From: Phyllobates terribilis
Lineage: Eukaryota
NCBI RefSeq assembly: GCF_046119375.1
Contig: NW_027362767.1
Location: 257,796,001-257,860,000, forward strand
Direction: 5' to 3'
Length of the DNA stretch: 64,000 nt
Shown: piece after piece, positions 60,297-64,000 of the stretch
Position numbering within the stretch: position 1 is the first letter of the stretch
Layout: each line of letters begins with the position of its first letter
Program-made: the position numbers and the translations under genes
Notes under the pieces: generated by a model
Told to the model about the DNA's origin: nothing
Database searches by the model: none
What the model saw: only the letters and a program-made list of their open reading frames with translations

Positions 60297-60909
60297 AGGG
60301 CCCCGTCACACTAAGCGATGCAGCAGCGATCCCGACAACGATACGACCTGTCAGGGATCGTTGCTGCATCGCTAATACATCGCTGGTGAGCTGTCAAACA
60401 GGCAGGCTCACCAGCGATCAGGGGAGCAGCGATATCGTGGAAAGAATCGTTCCACGATGTCCTGCTCCCGTTACCAGCCTGCTGCAAGCAGGAGCAGGCT
60501 GGTAACTATGGTAAACATCGGGTTACTAAGTGCGCGTGTGCCCCTAGTAACCCGCTGTTTACCATGGATACCACTCTGCTACGGTGCGCGGGAGCCTCCG
60601 TGCACCGTAGCAGAGTGGTATCCATGGTAAACAGCGGGTTACTAAGTGCGCGCGTGCCCCTAGTAACCCGATGTTTACCATAGTTACCAGCCAGATCGTT
60701 GGTCCCGCTGGTCACACACAGCGATGTGTGCTGGCCAGCGGGAGGCCAACGACCAAAAAATGGTCCAGGACACTTTGCAACGATCAGCGACCTCACAGCA
60801 GGGGCCTGATCGTTGCAAAGTGTCACACACAGCGACATCGCTGGTGAGGTCGCTGGTGAGTCACCAAAACCGTGACTCAGCAGCGATATCGCTATGTGAG
60901 ACGGGGGCT
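60297..60909. mobile_element. Multi-hairpin Harbinger-like MITE (full copy)
   Basis: CTA|AGGGCCCCGTCACAC...GTGAGACGGGGGCT|TTA; ~100 bp-arm central palindrome. Confidence 0.82.
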
Positions 60910-62803
60910 TTAGGCTTCGGCCCCACTATCAATATTTGGCCACAGCCCCACTATCAATATTTGGCTACTGCCCCACTATCAGTATTTGGTCAGTATTCGG
61001 TCAGTATTTTTTCTCAGTAGTGGGAGACAAAACCAGGAGTGGGTGATAAATGCAGAATTGGTGACTTGTTTCTATTATACCTTTTCTCTGATTGTTCCTC
61101 ATCTGGTTTCGGCTCCCACTCCTGAGAAAAAATACTGACCAAATACTGATAGTGGGGCCGTGGCCTAAATCTTAAAAAAACAGGTTTTTTTTGTGTATGG
61201 GGCCTTTTGTTCTCCATTAATTGATTAATTTGTCAAATTTTGAGTGTTTTTTTATTTTTTTATTTTTTTTAGTAGCAGTGCCCCAAGAATTGACATGCTG
61301 TAAAAAAAACAAAACAGCACCATGCACACCATAGGCGTGTTTTCCTAATGAGATGAATAGGCAGCTTAATCAAAGAGTATTTGAAGTGTTTTTCAGGTGG
61401 ATTTTGGAGTAGAACCTGCTCCATAATCCAGATTAAAAAAACACGTGGAAAAATAACCCTGTCCCATGTTTTCCCAAACAAAAACCCAAACTGCATAAGG
61501 GAGTGTGCACATGGCGTCTTATATACGTCGGCGTACGCGCATAGTTTGAGGGGCAGATGACACTTCAGAAAACACGGGGGGTGGCTGAATCATCTTCTTT
61601 GTCGTCTTCTTTGCCGTATTTATGGCAGTTTTGCGTTTTTTAAGCTTTTTTTTTTCTGCAGCAAAACCTGATCTCTTGCCAGGAGTATTTTTCTTGATTT
61701 TTTGCTTGTTTATTGGTGTGTTTTTTCAGCGTTTTTTTCACTGTCCTTTTGTCTCTTTATGCATGTACATAACAAGTTTAGTGGAAAAAAAAATCTGATT
61801 CTGGGTTTGGCACGAAAAACGCTGAAAAACCTGACACCTGCGTTTTTGGTGCATTTTTTTCAGCGTTTTTTCACCCATTGGAAGTAACATGCTCTATTCT
61901 GCAAAAAAAAACATGCAAAGCACAAAATACTGATCAAATAAAAGCCAAGGTGTATGCATGAGATTTCTGGAATCTCATAGACTTTGCTGGTACTGTAAAA
62001 CGCAGCTGAAAATGTGCATCAAAAAACGCATCAAATAAACGCTGATAAAATGCAATGTGTGAACATAGCCTAAATTTTGTAAAAAAAAAAAACCAAACCT
62101 TCTTCAGACAGAAAAATCCATGTTGTCAAAATTTTAAAGGGTATGATCACATTTTTTACCTGGATTTTTCATGCTGAAATATCCATATCAAGCAGCATCA
62201 CAAGAATATTTTTTGTGATGATTTTGATGCATTTTTTGCATATAGTGCATTTTTCTGCTTCAATAAATTCAGTGGTCAAATTTGGAGAGTTTTTTTCTTT
62301 CAAGCAGAAAAACCTAACGTATTGACGTGTTGCTTCTTTTTACATTATATAAAAACACGTGGCAGCGCCATGTACACGATACACGTTTTGTTACTGAAAT
62401 TAATTGAAAGCTTATTCATAGAGCATCTTAAGCAGAATCAGCTCCAAAATTCTCATAAAAAACTCCGTGTGAACATACACAAAAGGCTAGGGTCAGAGGT
62501 TTTTTTTTTATTCTCTGGAGATTTTTGAAGAGAATCTGCTCCAAAATTCTCCTCTAAAACTGCTGAAAATTCTCTATCGATGCAATGGAAAATCCACTTG
62601 GCTGTTCATACGATGGACTTCTTTGAGGTTCTCTAAACTTCACACCATCAAGTCAAACTGTTGCAAACCACTATATGTTAAAAAAAAACACTTGAAAGAC
62701 CTATTCAAGAAGAAAAAAAAAACAAACTAAAAAAAAGGAGCGTTTCCCAAGGCCACATGCACACATTGAGTATTTGGTGAGTTTTTTACTTCATTATTTT
62801 TAA

Positions 62804-63746
62804 GGCTATGTGCCCACGTAGCAGATTTGATGCAGAGCGTTTTTGCCTCTCTCTGGCAGAAAAAAACGCATGCAGATTTACATGCGTTTTTTCTGCCAGA
62901 GAGAAGCGTTTTTACATGTGTTTTCGCATGCGTTTTTTCAAGCAGTTTTCCAAGCGATTTTGAGCATCACTTGGAAAAGTGCTTGACAAGTTGGTCACAC
63001 AATATAAATCCATGCAACCGGCATGGATTTATAATGTGTTAACAAGTGATGCTTTAAATGCAGCATCTATAGTAAAAAAAAAGAGAATTAAAACGTTAAA
63101 AATAAAAAAAACCCTGTATACTCACCTCTCCGGTCTCCTCCAGTCTGCTCCCGGCGGTGATCCTGCGATCCTCTCTCTTCGGCGTCCCGCGGTGTACTGT
63201 CAGGACCTGCGGTGACGTCATTTAGTCAGCTGGTCGCGTGACCATCAGGTGACTAAATGACGTCACCGCAGATCCTGACAGTACACCGCGGGACGCCAAG
63301 GAGAGAGGACGTGGGCGGGAGCAGACCGGGGGCCGCCGGCGAGGTGAATATACAGGTTTTGTTTATTTTTAACTTTTTTATTTCTTTTTTTCACTGCGTG
63401 GTAGCCGGGATGAAGAGGAGTTGTAGTCTCCTCTTCATCCCGGGTACCACACGCACCGCGATTACGCTGCAAATTCACGGCCATTGAATTTAATTGAAAC
63501 GCAGCAAATCCACATATACCTGCGGGTTTGCTGCGTTTCAATGTTCCTCAATGGCCGCGAATTTGCAGCGTAATCGCGGTAGAAATGGTCATGCTGCGTT
63601 TTGCAACGCAATGCGAATTCGGCGGGCAAATTAGCACATCATGTGCACAGCGCATCCGAATTCACATTGCTTTGCATGGCAGACGGTTTTACAAGCGTTT
63701 TCGCAGCCATAAAAACGCTGCAAAAACGCTATGTGGGCCCTTAACC
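62804..63746. mobile_element. Harbinger-like element nested in a smaller MITE (62750-63880)
   Basis: TAA at 62801-62803 and 63747-63749; TIR GGCTATGTGCCCAC; inverted homologue of 12967-13948. Confidence 0.78.
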
Positions 63747-64000
63747 TAAGCCAAAACCAGGAGAGGAAAAGTATAATAGAAACACGTCACCACTTCTGCA
63801 TTTATCACCCACTCCTGGTTTTGGCTTACAAATACTGATGTAAAATACTGACCAAATACTGAAGGTGTGACCGTGGTCTAAAATTAATTGCTCTTGAAAA
63901 ACATGCAGAATTTTTCTACTTCCAAAAATAAACTCCATTTGAACTTTGCCTCAAATGGCTGTGGATGGAGCGTATAGCCTCCAGTCTCTCATTAGGAATA

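Overview
Vertebrate genomic DNA with three N-gaps, most likely from a frog (inferred from the repeat landscape: TTAA/TWA-flanked MITEs, Tc1 elements, L2 LINEs with (TAA)n tails). Host genes: (1) a spliced MBD1-like gene on + with 16 coding exons (7154-23736, 656 aa as assembled by eye). It encodes an MBD, a Cys4 motif, FOUR CXXC fingers, the MCAF1-binding TRD motif and an extra Cys-rich C-terminal domain. (2) Three intact olfactory receptor ORFs on - (27168-28154, 41731-42687, 48467-49408). The rest is mostly mobile DNA and repeats: DD38E and DD34E Tc1 elements, L2 and jockey-like LINEs, a Gmr1-type (IN-before-RT, SCAN-like gag) Gypsy element nested in a piggyBac-like element inside an MBD1 intron, two solo LTRs, hAT/Harbinger/T2 MITEs, a Helitron-like end and many minisatellites. 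Most notable observations: a tandem pair of canonical-core minimal hammerhead ribozymes 146 nt apart (retrozyme-like, predicted to cleave as a double hammerhead); further hammerhead-like elements, one inserted exactly at an OR stop codon; an exon-duplicated fourth CXXC finger in MBD1; an MBD1 upstream minisatellite built of ZNF143-type motifs; and paralogous candidate non-coding first exons for two ORs. All calls were made by reading the sequence; no searches were run.
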